Origin: Chiloscyllium plagiosum
Taxonomy: Eukaryota
Reading direction: 5' to 3'
Length of the DNA stretch: 64,000 nucleotides
NCBI RefSeq assembly: GCF_004010195.1
Contig: NC_057720.1
Span: 20,823,677-20,887,676 of the forward strand
A program made the position numbers and the translations under genes. Of this stretch, positions 51,284 to 63,480 are shown piece after piece. Each line of letters starts with the position of its first letter. Position 1 is the stretch's first letter. The notes under the pieces are model-generated. The model ran no database searches. It was not told the origin of the DNA and was given only the letters and a program-made list of their open reading frames with translations.

Positions 51284-52899
51284 ACAGTCAAGGATACCAT
51301 TCCTCTGAATCTTAGCTAGAGATACAAAGCACTCAGTACTTAGAACTACCAGAGGCATGGACATTGGGATATAGTATAATTGACCCCAGTGATTCCTGAT
51401 CTCGCTGGAATTAGCTGAAAATAATTGGCTAACAGATTACCTCATTCACCCTGAAAACTTATGCACTGATAGACCGCAAGTACACAAAAATGTTAAGTGG
51501 GCACAGTAGTAAACATTTAATTTACCACTAGCACAGTACTGTAAAGTCATTTTGATGTAGAAGATGTTTTTGAAGTAACTGTTAAAACTTGGATTACACA
51601 TCCCTGATCAAGGCCTTTGCATTAGCAAGGCATCTCCTTCGCAGAATTACAGTAGTCACCAGCCACTACTGTCGTTCAGCAACACCAACATGCGCTCACA
51701 ATCCACTTAGATGTTCTCTCTTCCCCTTAACCCAAGTTGCTACAAAACAAAGACAGGTATATATAATTTGCCAATCAAAATAGACATTAATGTCACTAGG
51801 AATAAATTGAACAAAAACAGAGTGCTGATAACCTGGTGGCCTGTGCCTAACAGTTCCATATCTCCCAACACGCTGCGCAATTCAAAACTGCACTCAATGA
51901 ACACCATATTCCTATCCAGAACAGAGAACATGGGCTCATTTCCCTGCACTGACCTCAGGAGACTGCACTCCCGGCAATGGCGAGGAATGATTTTATCCCA
52001 GTGATTTGCATCGTGTATCAGTTTTTCACTCACTGTGTGCTACTGGGGAAATCCAGTTCTCATCAGATGTTGCAGCAGTCTGAGTGGTGAATTTTGCTAA
52101 AGGCAGCTCCTGAAGACTCTGCTATACATTGTACCATTCAAAAGATTAAATCTGATTGATGTGTGCAGGCAGCACACATGGAACTCTGTCGTTCCATTGT
52201 AATGTTTGCTTTAGAACTTTGAACGTGTTTCACTATTTTAAACAAATCAAGCTGTACAGTTAATCAGTCCCCGAGGAGTGATTGATTCTTAGACTAATAT
52301 CATCAACACGATCCAGTGCCAGCAGTGGACATTGTTAGCTGTTCCAAAGTTTTGAAACAACAATGTCAAGGACCTATTTTTGTGAGGCTGTTTAAACTCA
52401 ATGCTGAAAGCAGAATTGATTTGGACTCCAGAAAAGCTGCTTTAGAAGCTAAAATGAAGCAGTCAGACAGGAAAAACATTTTGGGGCCTGAAAATACATT
52501 TACTAAATGGAAATTTTAAAAAGACAGAAAAATCCCTTGGTAGCCATTTTGAGAAGAGCAAAAAGCACAAATCCTCCATGTTGTTTTAAGTTATGGAGAA
52601 ATTACAGACATTCCTCTGCTTTCTTAAATTAGCCAGAGGAGAGTAAAAGCTTCGAAAATGGCTTGGGAAAGGATTCATAAGCCTTACTGCAACAACTCTG
52701 CTATACTTGATCAGGTCTCGAGAGCTTTATTCCAGCAACATTTCTGCAGTGAAGACGTCTCTGCTTCTGAACAATTTTAAAACACAGCAGGCTCTATTTT
52801 CCCAAGAAGATAAATTTTAAAATGGAACGACAGGGAAAATAGATTAAGTGCTGAGTCAATACCAAGAAATAAAAACTCATAGGCCTTTGGTGTAGGAAC

Positions 52900-53330
52900 A
52901 CCTACAAATATTCCACAGTTTAAACTGGGACACAGCAGATTTCCTAACAAAATTTAAAATGTTCAAAAAAACTTCATTTTATTTGCAGACTTAAATGCAT
53001 CAATGCAGAAAAGGTATTGAAATGTGGCTACCAATTGGGATCGAAGGTATTCACAGGTCTGCTTGAATACAAAAAGAATTCATGACCAGAGGGCTAAAAG
53101 TTCCCAAAAAGATATGGGCAACATTAGAACACCCATACAGAAGCAGATTAACTTCACGTACTCCACAACTGGAATTCACCTCACGTAGACAGAAACCTAA
53201 AGAATCCTTGCAGAGAAAAGGGCTCATTGTAAGATTTTTCAGATCAGGACGTAGCCAACTGCGTTGAGTTGCTGATACATCCACCTCCGTGGAAGCTTTC
53301 CAGAAGAGATTGGCAAACTACACCAGAGAC
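52900..53330 (+). mobile_element. Degenerate Gypsy-like gag relic
   Basis: Frameshifted NWDTADFLTKFKMFK, KIWATLE..LEFTSRRQKPKES and CREKGSL*DFSDQ..VELLI..STSVEAFQKRL resemble a Ty3/Gypsy gag pattern. Confidence 0.5.
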
Positions 53331-55694
53331 TCGAGAGCATTCAGGAGTTAAAGGACAAAGGCACAAAGTGGTTCTCACAGGTCAGCAAAGCGTACGGGTC
53401 CAACACACAAACTGGACGGCTGAAACAATCACTGATACACCCAAACACAGCAAAACACGTGAAAGGTACGGCATCAAGGAAATGCCAAACTTTCAATCAA
53501 GTCTGCAAAGGCGTTAGGCAGAAAAGACTATTGGCAAAAGTCATGCACCAGACCATTTTGTAGCTGAAGCAGGTACAAACAGCCCTGCAAAGATCTAAAC
53601 AAGCCACTTACCAGCCATACTTTAAAGCTATTTGGGATATATGTGTGAGAAAAATAAGTGACTGATGAACCAGAGTCAGATTGACATGTGACAGTGAGCC
53701 ATGAATACACATTGCATAATGTCAATCTCTGGGAAAGCTTAAATGCCATGGCAATATTGGAAAGTGGCTGCAAATTTAAATAATATGAAAACGGTCACTA
53801 TTCATTATTGATTAAGATTGACATGGAGCAACTGCCAATACATTATCCTTGTACATTCTAAGATAAACACACAGCCATGCACACGGGAAACCAAAACCAA
53901 ACTTAAAAACGTAAACCTTCCAGTATCTGATGGTTTATCAATTCTATGTGGTGAGGTGTGTTGTGGTGCAATTACAGACAATACACCTGGACTTTGCAGA
54001 TGGTCTACATCATAGACACAGCTGGATCAGCAATTGAAAGTAGACCAGCATACTGAGCCTTTACACCAGTCACAATCCATGGAATGAGTCAAATGTGTCT
54101 GTAGAATGAGCATTAAAGAAGAATGGAACACTTCACATTCTTCTGAATTAATGTAGCTGAAGTCTGAGCTCTCCTTTCGACAGAGAAAACAAAGCTCAAG
54201 CACCAAAGGCTGTACAACTGGCCCAGGATAAATCCAAATTTGAGAATACCACCTCACATGATCAAGTCTTTAAGGGAAATGCTTGGTCAGGTCACAAAGG
54301 GGAACAAAGAGCTGAAAGAGCACAAAAGCAAACAGGACGGATAACAAGTTCTGTACCAACGATTAAAAATCTTTGGGAAACCCTGGGGCAGCTCACCAAA
54401 AGACAGATCAGGCTCAGCATAAGCAGCCACAAAAACATCGGCTTGAAATCAAAGTAACTCTGGAGGAAATAACTGACCTGCAAAAAGAGATAGAGATGCA
54501 CAGCACACACAGCTAGGAACTGGAGACAGTATTCTATGAAATTTGCCAAGGCTCCTTAGACAGCACTTTCTAACCCCATGGCCACTATCACCTAGAAGGA
54601 AACGGGCAGCAGATACACTCCCAACTGCAAGTCCTCTGAGCCACTGACCATCTCGACATGGAAATATCTCACCGTTACTGCATTGTCATTCGGACAAAAT
54701 CCTGGAATTCCCTCCCTGATGGTTTTGTGGGTCTACCTAGAGTAGGTGGACTGTACTAGTTTAAGAAGGCAGCTCACCACCACCTTCTCAAGGGCAATGA
54801 GAGATGGGCAATAAACCACTGACCCAGCCAGCGATACTCACATCCCATGACTGAACTTTAAAATCTCAATGATCTTCTGAAATAGCAGGACACAGTGGGA
54901 AAAAAAAAATCAGACAGCCCCTGAAACAGCAAGTGGAAGAGATCCAGGCTTCAGAGAAAACAGAAACAATATGAACTTGCCAAACAGGAATGACAGACGG
55001 TATCATGGATAACTATGAAAAACACTGGCACCATCACATTAAATCATTACCACAGATCTGGCACACTAGTTAACTATCCACACATTATGAAGACTCAAAC
55101 TTAAAACAAATTGTTTAGAATGATACACATTGTTATCTTTAAAGTGATGATAGTCGTTGACTAAGAGTCTTTTCTAGTTAGAATTCTTTCGCCAAGCTTT
55201 CGTCTTCTTCCAACATAGAGAGGGAGTGAGGGAGACAAAGAGGAATATTTTCAGTTTGCAGATGTTTGTTTTCTGCTTCCCTGGTGCTTGCAGCTTTTTA
55301 ATACTTTGCAGCTTAATCTTGAAGGGGGTAGTCATCAGGCAGAACTTTCTTGACTCAAAAAAGACTCTTGGCGTGGCTCAGTATCAAATCCTCTCCCTCC
55401 TGCTTTGAAAAGCAATACTGTTTGATACACCTGCTTTTCAGATGGTAAAACTTTGAGCGTATCAGTTATAGAACAGGACAAATTCCATTTTGGTTTAAAA
55501 ATCCAAAAAAATTAAAATTGTGGTCTTTTAGTGTGCAGGCAGCATGCTTGGAACTTGATCGTCCTGTTGCAATGTTTGCCTTTAACTTAATAATGTGGTT
55601 TACTGTTTTAAATAAACTTAGCCATGCAGTTAATCAATCCCAGAGTAGTGTTTGTCTCTTAGATAATATCATTAACGTGACAGATCTTATCAAG

Positions 55695-57110
55695 AGAAAA
55701 GCAAAATACAGCAGATACTGGAAATTTGAAATTAAAAAAAAAACTACGCTGAGAATACTCAGCATCCAAGGAGTGAGAAGCTAAGTTAAAGTCTTGTACC
55801 TGTGACCTTGCATCAAAACTGGACGAGTTAGGAATGTATCAGGTTTTTGGGTAAATGAAACAGGTGGGTGGGAAGAAGGAAGGTAGGTGACAGAGTGGAA
55901 GGCAGGAGAGCTTAAATGGGAATTGCTTCACAGTGCAAGATACAAGGGACAGCCAATGGGAGAAGGAAAGAAATAGACAATGTGCTGAATACTGAAACCA
56001 AAACAGCAGAACTTTACAGAAGTTTATAAAATTATGAGGAGCATGGATAGGGAGAATAGCCAAGGTCTTTTCCCCAAAAATAGGAAAACCCAGAACTAGA
56101 GGGCATGTCTGTGTGGGTTTCCTCCGGGCCTCCTCCCACAGTCCAAAGATGTACCGGTCAGGTGGGCCTTGCTAAATTGCCGACAGTGTTCAGGGATGTA
56201 GAGTTAGGTGCATTAGTCAGGGGTAAACGTAAAGTAATAAGGTAGGGTTTGGGTGGGTTACTCTTCAAAGGGTTGTGTGGACTTGTTGGGCAGAAGGGCC
56301 TGTTTCCACACCGTAGGAATTCTACTGGGGTGGCATGGTGGCTCAGTGGTTAGCACTGCTGCCTCACAGCACCAGGGTCCCAGGCTTGATTCCAGCTTTG
56401 GGCGACTGTCTGTGTGGAGTTTGCACATTCTCCCAGTGTCTGCGTGGGTTTCCTCTGGGTGCTCCAGTTTCCTCCCACAGTCCAAAGATGTGCAGGTTAG
56501 GTGAATTGGCCATGCTAGATTACCCATAGTGTTAGGTGCATTAGTCAGAGGGAAATGGGTCTGGGTGGGTTACTCTTTGGAGGGTCAGTTTGGACCTCTT
56601 GGGCTGAAGGGCCTGTTTCCACACTGTAGGGAATCTAATCTAATCTAAGTTTAAGGTGAGGGGGGAAAATTTTAAAGGGACCCGAGGAGCAACTTTTTCA
56701 CACTGATGGTGGTGCATGCGTGGAATGAGCTGCCAGAGGAAGTGGTGGTGGCTGGTACAATCACAACATTTACAAGGCATCTGGATGGGTATATGAATAA
56801 GAAGGGTTTAGAGGGATATGGACCAAATGCTGGCAAATGGGACTAGGTTAGTCTCAGATATCTGGCAAGGATGAGTTGGACCAAAGAATCTGTTTCCATG
56901 CTGTACATCTCTATGACTAAGAGAACAGGAAAAAGCCCAAGCGGTAAATAAACACAGAGATTTCGATCTAACATTGTCGAACTCAATGTAAAATGCTCAG
57001 TGGAAAGAGGAGATGCTGTACCTTGATCCTCAGTGGATTACTGCAGGAGGGAGAATGTCAAAGCAGAAGCAAAGTGCAGAACTAAAATTGGTATCGACAG
57101 AGCATGCTTG
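55695..57110 (-). mobile_element. Old PLE 3' end split by a CR1/SINE cluster (56010-56918)
   Basis: Tail-like aaaatacagcagatactggaaatttgaaa...gtgaccttgcatca at left. At right, attgtcgaactcaat...gagatgctg resembles the reverse complement of the endonuclease C-terminus. Confidence 0.5.
56010..56918 (+). mobile_element. CR1 3' end interrupted by two tandem HE1 SINEs (56105-56325 truncated, 56327-56648 full length)
   Basis: CR1 ...agaactagagggcat | SINEs | aagtttaaggtgag... resumes in register. Confidence 0.88.
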
Positions 57111-58335
57111 CTGAGAGTGTACCCAGAGTCCATCTTCCTAGCTGACACAGTCCTGTCAATAAACACTGACAGTCAAATTGCTCACTCCCAAACGATGATA
57201 GACTGCTACCGTAATCAAGAGACAGAGATATTATGTGGTTGGATTTTGTTTAAAAAAACAAAGTTCTTTTCATACATCAACCCTGCGGGAAAATGACAGT
57301 GGCTCATGCTGCTACAGTGGTGATCTTACACATGGTTGAGGGATCACAAGCCTGGCTTATTTAGTCAAACAATCTGGATCTCACGAAGGGTTAAGACATA
57401 AACAACAGTCAGTCTGACCCACCCATCTGTCATTCCCACCCTGCCACTCAGATCATAGTGTCTTCCAGAATACGGTCTCCAAAGACTATCTTACAGCTGA
57501 TGCTGTCACAGCTGTGCTGATTTCTGTGTATTTTTAAACCATGTTGATTAAAAAATATTTGCACGACCGGTTTATGGATCAGGTAGGGACAGTGAGACAG
57601 GCCACAAATTCCCCCCTCCAAACTCCAAACCACTTTCAGCCCCTCCTTCCTTTCAATTTGCAAAGATGTTATTTTCCACCCATGCCTATTCTTGGGCAAA
57701 AAGGCAAACACAGTTCAAGCTCCATTTCATGAAGAATGTGCCTGTTCACAAAAGCAAGAGTTGGGAGAATTACGAATCCAACAACGTGACAGCTCGAGCA
57801 ACTCACAGCCTTTTAATCTTCAAAATAGGGACAAAAACAAAACGCCCTTCTTTCGGTCAAACCTCCAGCGAATGCCCTGGAAAACTACGGCTCATTCGAA
57901 AAGAAGCCGAGTGATAGTTTTAGGAAGGGAGCAGTCATGTGCCGTTTTTGCAAAACAATGTGGTCAATGTATTTAACAGGAGGCTCAGCATTGCTGTGGG
58001 GGGGGGGTATTGGATCACCCATCCTGTCTCTCGGCAAAGCAGGCACCTTCTACATCAGCATGGAAAACAAAACTCCGTCCGTCAGCCATCACCCAGGGAC
58101 ATTTTTCTGGAACACAAGCTGACTGGGTTCGAATACATCAAATGATATCAAATCCCAGCCAAGAAACATTCAGAACTTGTGTCCACTTCCGTAAATCCCG
58201 ATGGGACCTCAGCATGTCCTGCCCATGAAATATAATCCAGCTCCAAATCCCCTTTCCAAGTGGTGCCTTTTCTGAACGAGAAGTGCCATCCTCTGCACCC
58301 CCTTCCCTAATCTACACCATGAATTGAAACGCAGT

Positions 58336-59072
58336 AGAGTCATCGAGATGTACAGCATGGAAACAGACCCTTCGGTCCAACTCATCCACACCAATAAGAT
58401 ATCCTAACCTAATCTAGTCCCATTTGACATGACTTGGCCCTTATCCCTCTAAACCTTTCCGAGTGCTCTGACCAATAAAGGAAAGCATGCCAAATGCCTT
58501 CTTTACTATCCTATCTGCCTGCAATGCCACTTACAAGGAACTGTGAACCTGCACCCCAAGATCTCTTTGTTCAGCAACACCAGCATCTTACCATTAAGTG
58601 TGCAAGTCCTGCTAAGATTTGCCTTTCCAAAATGCAGCACCTCACATTTATCGAAATTAAACTCCATCTGCCACTCCTCAGCCCATTGGCCAATCTGGTC
58701 AAGATCCTGTTGTAATCTGAGGTAACCTTTCTTACTGTCCACTACACATCCAATTTTGGTGTCATCTAGAAACTTACTAACTACACATTCTATGTTCACA
58801 TCCAAATCATTTATGTAAATGACAAAAAGTAGTAGACCCAGCACCGATCCTTGTGGCACTCCACTGGTCACAGGCCTCCAGTCTGAAAGGCAACCCTCTT
58901 CCACCACCCTCAGTCTTCTCCCTTTGAGCCAGTTCTGTATCCAAATGGCTAGTTCTCCCTGTGTGCCATGAGATCGAACCTTGCTAACCAGTCTTCCAGG
59001 AGGAACCTTGTCTGAAGTCCATATACCTGGAGATGACATCCACCGATCTGCCCTCATCAATCCTGTTACTTC
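58336..59072 (-). mobile_element. CR1 LINE RT fragment with internal deletion
   Basis: ORF 58506-59060 gives [30 protein letters not shown]. Confidence 0.93.
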
Positions 59073-60647
59073 TTGCTTTTAGCTTTTCTCTTTAGTTTCC
59101 TATTTTTGTATCTAATCCATTTTAGTGCCTAAGATTTGTACATAGATGTGTGGTAACATTGTACACTGATCACTGTATTTGTGTTTTTGTAACTGGAGTA
59201 CATTTGACAATAAAACCGATTCCTAATTCTCTTCTGCCAACCTGCTCCACCCAGAACCACCTCCCACAACCCTGGGAATGGTGGCCGCTTGGGTGTGACC
59301 CTCTCAGAGATCCCATTTTTAAGCCAAACCCGGGGGCTGGAAAAGCTCCCAACTTCCAGGAAGAGTCAATCTTTCTACCACGTCACGTACCAAAAACCAA
59401 TGACCTGCTCTTTCTTCCCCCCCCCCCCCCCAAATTACTTCATCTTCACTCTTTCCTGCTGCTAGCAAGGCTGGCATTTGTTACCCGCCCCTAACTCCCC
59501 ATCTGGGTATTGGCAATGAGTCCATCTTGAAATGCTACAACCCATCTGGTATGGACACACCCCAGGACTGTCTACTGTATTCTGGTTTGGCAAAACCAAG
59601 TGGTCTACCTTGTAGCCCATTTCTGAGGACGTTTATGAAGCAACCATATTGCTGTGGGTTTGGATATAGAAGCTAGATTGGGAGAAAATAGGTTTCCTGC
59701 CTCACAACAGCTGAGTTTTTATGAACTGAAAACTTTTTTTCCCCTGGAGCCCTCATTTGACAGGCACTGAGTATGCAAAATGGTTGCCTCATTTAAACTT
59801 GTGGATGTGTTTGTTCAAATCATGGCTTTAGGTGAAGTGGTTTTAAATGAATCATTGGTGCCCATCAATGCTAAAGTCAGAGGTTGGATCCTTGTAATAT
59901 TATTGTGGACAGAACAAAATAATGCAGAAATTGAAATAATGTGCAGCACTGTGTATTCCTATCTGAAATACTTCTAAAATAAAACACATCACTAAATATC
60001 CTGGGGTAACCATTGACTGGAAACATAACTGGACCAGCCATGTAAATAATGTGGCTTGAACAGAAGATGAAAGGTTAGGATTTCTGTGGCAAGTAACTCA
60101 CCTCCTGACTCCCCAAAGCTTGTCCATCATCTACAAATCAGGAATACTCCAAACTTATGTCATGATGGCTCAGTAGCTAGCACTGCTTTCTCACATCGCC
60201 AGGGACCTGGGTTTGATTCCGGCCTTGGGTGACTGTGCAAACTCCACACAGACATTCGCCCTGTCTCTGTGTGGGTTTCCTCCCACAGTCCAAAGATGTG
60301 CAGGTTTGGTGATTTGGCCATGCTAGATTGCCCACAGTGTTCAGGGATGTGTTGGCTAGGTGCATTAGTCAGGGGTAAATGTAGGGTAATAGGATAGGGG
60401 AATGGGTCTGGGTGGGTTACTCTTCGGAGGGCCGACGTGGACATAGTGGGCCAAATGGCCTGTTTCCACACTGTAGGGATTCTATGATTTCTAGGATTGC
60501 CTGGATGGATGCAGCACCAACTGCACTCAAGAAAATCGACACCATCCAGGTCGAAGAGAAAGTGAGGACTGCAGATGCTGGAGATCAGAGCTGAAAATGT
60601 GTTGCTGGAAAAGCACAGCAGGTCAGGCAGCATCCAAGGAGCAGGAG

Positions 60648-60683
60648 AATCAACGTTTCGGGCATGAGCCCTTCTTCAGGAAT
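60648..60683 (-). ncRNA. Minimal type-I hammerhead motif (family B), core intact, GUU triplet
   Basis: Reverse complement reads attcCTGAAGAagggc-tcat-gcccGAAAcgTTgatt. Confidence 0.7.
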
Positions 60684-61221
60684 GAGGAAAGGGTGCAAAG
60701 CAGGCTAAGATAAAAGGTAGGGAAGAGTGACTTGGGGGAGGGGCGTTGGAAATGTGACAGGTGGAAGGAGGTTAAGGTGAGGGTGATAGGTCAGAGTTGG
60801 GGTGGGGGCAGAGAGGTCAGGAAGAAGATTGCAGGTTAGGAAGGTGGTGCTGAGTTCGAGGATTGGGACTGAGACAAAACTTGCGCCCACACCTCCCCCC
60901 TTACTTCCCTCCAAGGCCCCAAGGGATCCTTCCATATCCGCCACAAATTCACCTGCACCTCCACACAGATCATTTACTGCATCCGCTGCACTCCTCTATA
61001 TTGGGGAGACAAGCCGCCTACTTGTGGAACGCTTCAGAGAACACCTCTGGGACACCCGGCCCAACCAACCCAACCACCCCGTGGCTCAACACTTCAACGC
61101 CCATCCCCACTCCAACCTATCACCCTCACCTTAACCTCCTTCCACCTATCGCATTTCCAACGCCCCTCCCTCAAGTCCCTCCTCCCTACCTTTTATCTTA
61201 GCCTGCTGGGCACACTTTCCT

Positions 61222-61258
61222 CATTCCTGAAGAAGGGCTCATGCCCGAAACGTCGATT
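61222..61258 (+). ncRNA. Minimal type-I hammerhead motif (family B), core intact, GUC triplet
   Basis: cattcCTGAAGAagggc-tcat-gcccGAAAcgTCgatt. Confidence 0.75.
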
Positions 61259-61999
61259 CTCCTGCTCCTTGGATGCTGCCTGACCTGCGGCACTTTTCCA
61301 GCAACACATTTTCAGCACCATCCAGGTCTAAGGTAGTTTAGCACCACATTATTGCCTGAAACAAATGTCTCCTTCACTGCACACAGTGGCAGCAGTGTGT
61401 GCCATCTACAAGGTCTGCTGCAACAATTTAACGAGGCTCCTTGAATTGCATCTTCCAGACCCACAACAACTACCACAGAGAAGCACAAGTGCAGCGCATA
61501 CAGAACAACCTCGATTATCTGAATTTTGGATTATCCAAACAATAGCTTCAGACCTCTTGCTCTGACCAACTTCCACCAATAGATGGAAGCATTCAGTAAA
61601 GTTTTGAACCACCTTCATGAGCAGCCTGTGGCTTCGCTGCTTTGGAGGGGCTGGGGAGACACAGTGTAAGCCAGAGGAGGGTCATTCTGGGAGGTCAAGT
61701 CATGGGTAGGTCTCCGGGGTTTGGTGAAGCAACAAGATCAAACTGGGACTGTGAATGCAATGCGAGGAAATGGGCCTCAGCTATAAACAATGTTAAAGCG
61801 AAATGACACTGAGCAGGGTGACTTGAAACAAGGACTGTCTACGATTAAATTCTCACTCTGGTACTGCAGCCCCATCACTGGCAAAAAGAAGCAATTACAG
61901 CACAGGTATTTACAATTTAAATGTCAAATGAATAATTTGTCATAACAATAGCAGGACTTATACACTCAATGGTAAGGTCCTAGGGAGTGTTCAAAATCA

Positions 62000-62214
62000 A
62001 CGAGGTAAAAACAATGACTGCAGATGCTGGAAAGCAGATTCTGGATCAGTGGTGCTGGAAGAGCACAGCAGTTCAGGCAGCATCCGAGGAGCTTCAAAAT
62101 CGACGTTTCGGGCAAAAGCCCTTCATCAGGAATAAAGACAGTGAGCCTGAAGCGTGGAGAGATAAGCTAGGGGAGGGTGGGGGTGGGGAGAAAGTAGCAT
62201 AGAGTACAATGGGT
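62000..62214 (-). mobile_element. Young PLE family B pLTR running into an N gap, apparently inserted in a CR1
   Basis: Family B-type tail that retains its CpGs. CR1 sequence lies at 61950-61990 and after the gap. Confidence 0.85.
62098..62133 (-). ncRNA. Minimal type-I hammerhead motif (family B), core intact, GUC triplet, ALG14 sense strand
   Basis: Reverse complement reads attcCTGATGAagggc-tttt-gcccGAAAcgTCgatt. Confidence 0.75.
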
Positions 62215-63093
62215 NNNNNNNNNNNNNNNNNNNNNNNNNNNNNNNNNNNNNNNNNNNNNNNNNNNNNNNNNNNNNNNNNNNNNNNNNNNNNNNNNNNNNN
62301 NNNNNNNNNNNNNNNNNNNNNNNNNNNNNNNNNNNNNNNNNNNNNNNNNNNNNNNNNNNNNNNNNNNNNNNNNNNNNNNNNNNNNNNNNNNNNNNNNNNN
62401 NNNNNNNNNNNNNNNNNNNNNNNNNNNNNNNNNNNNNNNNNNNNNNNNNNNNNNNNNNNNNNNNNNNNNNNNNNNNNNNNNNNNNNNNNNNNNNNNNNNN
62501 NNNNNNNNNNNNNNNNNNNNNNNNNNNNNNNNNNNNNNNNNNNNNNNNNNNNNNNNNNNNNNNNNNNNNNNNNNNNNNNNNNNNNNNNNNNNNNNNNNNN
62601 NNNNNNNNNNNNNNNNNNNNNNNNNNNNNNNNNNNNNNNNNNNNNNNNNNNNNNNNNNNNNNNNNNNNNNNNNNNNNNNNNNNNNNNNNNNNNNNNNNNN
62701 NNNNNNNNNNNNNNNNNNNNNNNNNNNNNNNNNNNNNNNNNNNNNNNNNNNNNNNNNNNNNNNNNNNNNNNNNNNNNNNNNNNNNNNNNNNNNNNNNNNN
62801 NNNNNNNNNNNNNNNNNNNNNNNNNNNNNNNNNNNNNNNNNNNNNNNNNNNNNNNNNNNNNNNNNNNNNNNNNNNNNNNNNNNNNNNNNNNNNNNNNNNN
62901 NNNNNNNNNNNNNNNNNNNNNNNNNNNNNNNNNNNNNNNNNNNNNNNNNNNNNNNNNNNNNNNNNNNNNNNNNNNNNNNNNNNNNNNNNNNNNNNNNNNN
63001 NNNNNNNNNNNNNNNNNNNNNNNNNNNNNNNNNNNNNNNNNNNNNNNNNNNNNNNNNNNNNNNNNNNNNNNNNNNNNNNNNNNNNNNNNNNNN

Positions 63094-63480
63094 GGGAGAG
63101 GCTGAACAGGCTGGGGCTGTTTTCCCTGGAGCGTCGGAGGCTGAGGGGTGACCTTATAGAGATTTACAAAATTGAGGGGCATGAATAGGATAAATAGGCA
63201 AAGTCTTTTCCCTGGGGTCGGGGAGTCCAAAACTAGAGGGCATAGGTTTAGGGTGAGAGGGGAAAGATATAAAAGAGACCTAAGGGGCAACATTTTCCTC
63301 ACAGAGGGTGGTACGTGTATTGCAACATTTAAGAGGCATTTGGATGGGTATAAGAATAGGAAGGGTTTGGAGGGATATGGGCCGGGTGCTGGCAGGTGGA
63401 ACTAGATTAGGTTGGGATATCTGGTCGGCATGGACGGGTTGAACCGAATGGTCTGGTTCAATGCTGTACATCACTATGAC
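63094..63480 (+). mobile_element. CR1 LINE 3' end
   Basis: ERLNRLGLFSLERRRLRGDL, plus a 3' UTR ending ctatgact. Confidence 0.92.

Larger units (their letters stand above)
60553..61315. mobile_element. PLE family B inverted-pLTR element with internal GIY-YIG fragment
   Basis: Perfect 13-bp TSD caccatccaggtc at 60540-60552 and 61316-61328. Internal LLYIGETSRLLVERFREHL...HPVAQHFN, with inverted arms of about 220 bp. Confidence 0.92.
59990..61500 (+). mobile_element. Older non-LTR retrotransposon RT C-terminus, split by an HE1 SINE (60161-60493) and the PLE at 60553-61315
   Basis: PGVTID*KHNWTSHVN..RLGFLWQVTHLLTPQSLSIIYK / AWMDAAPTALKKIDTIQ / SLHTVAAVCAIYK. A related 3' end is at 54500-54860. 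Confidence 0.7.
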
